DNA of 64,000 nt from Candidatus Dormiibacterota bacterium (GTDB lineage: Bacteria > Chloroflexota > Dormibacteria > Aeolococcales > Aeolococcaceae). The stretch covers positions 256,001 through 320,000 of the forward strand of contig CAVPXI010000006.1 in NCBI GenBank assembly GCA_963709585.1. The letters are read 5' to 3'. Position 1 is the stretch's first letter, and each line of letters starts with the position of its first letter. The notes below the pieces were generated by a model. It was not told the DNA's origin and ran no database searches. It was given only the letters and a program-made list of their open reading frames with translations. Of the stretch, positions 60,767-64,000 are shown piece by piece. Position numbers and translations under genes: made by a program.

Positions 60767-60768
60767 TG

Positions 60769-61572
60769 TCAGGTAATCTTGATGCCGGCGAGATCGGGCG
60801 GCTCCGGGTACTTCGGATCCATCTCGGTGAGCGTCTCGATGAGCAGCCGGCTCACCGCCCAGTTGCGGTACCACTTGTGGTCCGACGGGATCACGTACCA
60901 TGGCGCGTCCTTGGTCGATGTGCGCGCGATCGCCTCCGAGTATGCCGCCTGATATTCCTTCCACAGCGCGCGATCCTCGAGGTCGCCACGCTGGAACTTC
61001 CAGCGTTTCTGTGGATCTCTGAGACGTTCCTCGAGACGGCGACGCTGCTCGTCCTTGGAGATGAGCAGGCAGCATTTGATGATCGTCATGCCACCCTGAT
61101 GCAGCAACGACTCGAAGGCCGTGATGTCGTCGTAGCGCAGCTTCCACACCGATTTGGGGACGAGCTTGCGCACGCGCGCCACCAGCACATCCTCGTAGTG
61201 GGATCGGTTGAAGATACCGATCTCTCCGGCGCGTGGCATCGCCAGGTGCACGCGCCAGAGAAAGTCGTGCGCGAGCTCTTCGGCGGTTGGCGGCTTGAAC
61301 GAGGTGACGCGCGTCCCCTGCGGGTTCACGCCTTCGAAAACGTGAGCGATCGTGCCGTCTTTCCCCGAGGCATCGGTGCCCTGCAGGACCAGCAGCAGGG
61401 AACGCGTGTGCTCCGCCCACATACGCGTCTGCAATTCGATGAGCGCTGCCTGATCACCGCGCAGCGCCTCGTCCGCGGCCGTGCGTCCCCCCTTCAGGGC
61501 TCCGGTATCCCCTGGATCGATGGTCGCGATATTGACTTTTGACCCGGGCTTGACGGACCACACTTCGCGCAT
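60769..61572 (-). CDS. ppk2: Polyphosphate kinase 2 family (class III-like)
   Basis: LQGTDASGKDG, FKPPT.EE..HDFLWR, FNRSHYEDV, KRWKF, PWYVIP.D.KWYR. Confidence 0.94.
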   Translation of the reverse strand: MREVWSVKPGSKVNIATIDPGDTGALKGGRTAADEALRGDQAALIELQTRMWAEHTRSLLLVLQGTDASGKDGTIAHVFEGVNPQGTRVTSFKPPTAEELAHDFLWRVHLAMPRAGEIGIFNRSHYEDVLVARVRKLVPKSVWKLRYDDITAFESLLHQGGMTIIKCCLLISKDEQRRRLEERLRDPQKRWKFQRGDLEDRALWKEYQAAYSEAIARTSTKDAPWYVIPSDHKWYRNWAVSRLLIETLTEMDPKYPEPPDLAGIKIT

Positions 61573-61599
61573 CGCTCTGGAACTCTAGTCCGCCGCGGG

Positions 61600-62460
61600 T
61601 CAGGTGAGGTGCGACCCTAGCCAGCCGGTCAGGTCGCTGAGGACGTGGTCGCGCTCGGGTTCGTTGAAGATCTCGTGCCAGAGGCCGTCGTACATCTTCA
61701 GCGTCTTGTCGATGGACCCCGCACGGTCGTAGACGTGGGGTCCGCACCCCGGATCGACGATACCGTCGGCGGTGCCCTGCATCACCAGCAGCGGGACGCG
61801 CAGCGACGGCAGTCCGGCGTCGACCTGATCCATGGCGACGAGCATCTCCGCACCGAGCCGCGCGCGGATCGGCGTTCGAAAGACCAGCGGATCGTTGTTG
61901 TACGCGTCCACCACCGCCGGGTCGCGGCTGATCCGGTTGAGTGGGACGCGCAGGACGCCGGTGTTCGGGGCGATGCGCGACAGCGCGTGGCCGACGATGA
62001 GGGTGAGCTTCGAGAGGTCGCGCGGGCACGCCGCTGGTGCGGAGAGCACGAGACCGTCGATCGGAGCGCCCGGGCGCACCGCGAGATCGAGGGCGATCAG
62101 CCCGCCCATGCTGTGTCCGAGCAGGACGAGACGCAGCGAGGGCCAGCGCGCGCGTGCCTGCGCGATCACCGTCGTCAGATCGTCGACATAGTCGTCGAAA
62201 CGCACGACGCTGGTCCGCTTGCCCTCACTGAGCCCGTGGCCTCGATGGTCGGCGACCCGCACGGCAAGGCCTTGGTCCACAAGCCGCTCGGCCACCGCAG
62301 CGTATCTGCCGCCGTGCTCGGCGAACCCGTGCGCGACGACGACGACGCCGGTGGGCGCGCCGGCGGGCAGCCATGTCCTCACATGGATCTGGACGCCGCG
62401 AACTCCGACGAAGGTGTCCTCCTCAGCCCGCATGCCCGCGCTCCCTTCGGTCACTTGCAC
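61600..62460 (-). CDS. Alpha/beta hydrolase (lysophospholipase / monoacylglycerol lipase)
   Basis: HGFAEH.GRY, DHRGHG.S, GHSMGG, HEIFNE. Confidence 0.92.
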   Translation of the reverse strand: MQVTEGSAGMRAEEDTFVGVRGVQIHVRTWLPAGAPTGVVVVAHGFAEHGGRYAAVAERLVDQGLAVRVADHRGHGLSEGKRTSVVRFDDYVDDLTTVIAQARARWPSLRLVLLGHSMGGLIALDLAVRPGAPIDGLVLSAPAACPRDLSKLTLIVGHALSRIAPNTGVLRVPLNRISRDPAVVDAYNNDPLVFRTPIRARLGAEMLVAMDQVDAGLPSLRVPLLVMQGTADGIVDPGCGPHVYDRAGSIDKTLKMYDGLWHEIFNEPERDHVLSDLTGWLGSHLT

Positions 62461-62553
62461 CGCACGAGCCTAGCCAATCCGGACCGCTCTCAACAAGCCA
62501 CAAAGGCGCGTAGTGGCGCTGATACACTGCCGATGAGGAGATTGCCGCATTCC

Positions 62554-63570
62554 GTGGACAACGCGACCAACGTACTCGAAATCGATGGTTTGAAGACCTA
62601 CATCCGGTTGTCCCGGACGACGGTCCGCGCAGTGGACGGCATCTCCATGCACATCGCCCCCGGAGAGATATTGGGGCTGGTGGGCGAATCCGGAAGCGGC
62701 AAGAGCATCACCGGGATGTCGATCATGAAGCTGCTCCCGTCCGGGGGCAGCATTGTGGAAGGGAGCATCAAGCTCAACGGGCGCAACGTCGTGCCCCTCG
62801 ACGAGAAGGCGATGCGCGACATCCGCGGCAATGAGGTCGCGGTCATCTTCCAGGACCCCATGACGTCGCTGAACCCGACGATGACGATCGGCGACCAGAT
62901 CGGCGAGGCGCTCCACATCCATCGGGACATCAACGACGACGAGACCCGCGAGCGCTGCACCGAAGTCCTCGGCCTGGTCGGGATGCCTCGCCCCAAAGAG
63001 CGCCTCCATGACTACCCGCACCAGCTGTCCGGAGGTCTGCGCCAGCGCGTGATGATCGCGATGGCATTGGTCTGCGACCCCAAGCTGCTCATCGCCGACG
63101 AGCCGACCACCGCGCTCGATGTCACCATCCAGGCGCAGATCCTCGACCTCCTGGACGATCTTCGCCGTCGTCTGCACATGGCGGTGCTGCTGATCACGCA
63201 CGACATGGGTGTGATCGCCGGCCGCGCGGACCGGGTCGCGGTCATGTACGCGGGCAAGATCGTCGAGTCGGCGGAGACGCGGAGGTTGTTCAAAGGCATG
63301 CGCCATCGGTACACCGAGGCGCTCGTCGAGGCGATCCCGAGGCTGGACCAAGATGCCGCCACCGGGCTGTACAGCATCCCCGGTCTGCCGCCGGACCTGA
63401 CCGCGCCTCCACCGGCGTGCCGCTTCGCCGCGCGCTGCAGGTACGACACCGCAATATGCCACGCTGAGGAACCGTTGCTCGTCGAGCACGAGACTGGTCA
63501 TTACTACGCGTGCCATCACCCCGCCGGGGTCGACAGTCCGGTCGTCTCGGAGACCGTCCCGGTCGGATGA
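62554..63570 (+). CDS. oppD: Oligopeptide ABC transporter ATP-binding protein
   Basis: [36 protein letters not shown]-terminal CRF..RC..C..C; start 62533 or 62554. Confidence 0.93.
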   Translation: MDNATNVLEIDGLKTYIRLSRTTVRAVDGISMHIAPGEILGLVGESGSGKSITGMSIMKLLPSGGSIVEGSIKLNGRNVVPLDEKAMRDIRGNEVAVIFQDPMTSLNPTMTIGDQIGEALHIHRDINDDETRERCTEVLGLVGMPRPKERLHDYPHQLSGGLRQRVMIAMALVCDPKLLIADEPTTALDVTIQAQILDLLDDLRRRLHMAVLLITHDMGVIAGRADRVAVMYAGKIVESAETRRLFKGMRHRYTEALVEAIPRLDQDAATGLYSIPGLPPDLTAPPPACRFAARCRYDTAICHAEEPLLVEHETGHYYACHHPAGVDSPVVSETVPVG

Positions 63571-64000
63571 CGGTCACGCCGGCGACTCCGACCGCGACAC
63601 CGGTCGCGTCCAATGGCAGCAAGCCATTTCTCGTGGTGAAGAACCTCGTCAAGGAGTTTCCGGTCACCAAGGGGGCAGTCCTGCAGCGGCGAGTCGGCGC
63701 GGTGCATGCGGTCTCCGACGTCTCCTTCGAAGTGCTCCCCGGCGAGACCTTCGGACTCGTCGGCGAGTCGGGATGTGGCAAGACGACCACGGGGCGAATG
63801 ATCGTCGCCCTCGAGCCGCCGACCTCGGGCTCGATCGTCATCAACGGCGAGGACATCGCCCACATGGGAAGGGGGAAGCTCCGCACCAAGCGCCGGGACA
63901 TGCAGATGATGTTCCAGGACCCCTATGCATCGCTGGACCCGCGCATGCGCGTGGTCACCATCCTGCGCGAGCCGCTCGCGATCCAGGGCATCGGCAAGAA
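63567..64000 (+). CDS. oppF: Oligopeptide ABC transporter ATP-binding protein, partial
   Basis: ATGA overlap; VHAVSDVSF, GESGCGKTT, FQDPYASLDPRM; runs off the window. Confidence 0.9.
   Translation, partial: MTVTPATPTATPVASNGSKPFLVVKNLVKEFPVTKGAVLQRRVGAVHAVSDVSFEVLPGETFGLVGESGCGKTTTGRMIVALEPPTSGSIVINGEDIAHMGRGKLRTKRRDMQMMFQDPYASLDPRMRVVTILREPLAIQGIGK

Noticed and set aside
60602-60768. Integrated element at tRNA-Asp
   Set aside because: No integrase and no duplicated tRNA 3' end were seen within the window.

Overview
High-GC bacterial chromosomal window (about 70% GC by eye), densely coding, with roughly 65 genes and one tRNA-Asp(GUC). The gene content and pervasive leaderless promoters suggest a soil Terrabacterium such as Ca. 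Dormibacterota, Chloroflexota or an actinobacterium-like lineage; this placement is inference. Housekeeping and metabolic content includes methylmalonyl-CoA mutase, queG, gyrB-plsX-gyrA, an EF-G paralog, gcvPA/PB-pyrE, dinB, DAHP synthase, PPK2 and oppD/F. Signalling content includes a kinase / REC-HTH-cyclase / cNMP-effector module, a GAF-GGDEF-EAL protein, an OmpR two-component system and a cyclase-AAA-TPR protein. There is also an ApbE flavinylation/electron-transfer operon and an NHEJ locus (LigD, Ku, HNH and a second ligase-like gene). No CRISPR array, rRNA, transposase or prophage was seen. Most notable observations: (1) a peptidase-S51 domain fused to a CysRS-type anticodon-binding domain beside queG, while the CysRS/MshC-like ligase in the window lacks that domain; (2) a DNA-ligase paralog next to Ku in which the five recognisable catalytic motifs are all substituted; (3) a membrane-anchored Spo11/Topo VI-A-like protein; (4) a cyclase with atypical substrate-specifying residues facing a cNMP-binding protein; (5) plsX translationally coupled inside gyrB-gyrA; (6) a sigma-factor fragment lacking region 4; (7) a minimal Ser/Thr-rich candidate flavinylation substrate. 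Seven single-base frameshifts in six genes are most likely long-read errors. All calls come from reading motifs by eye; no searches were run.
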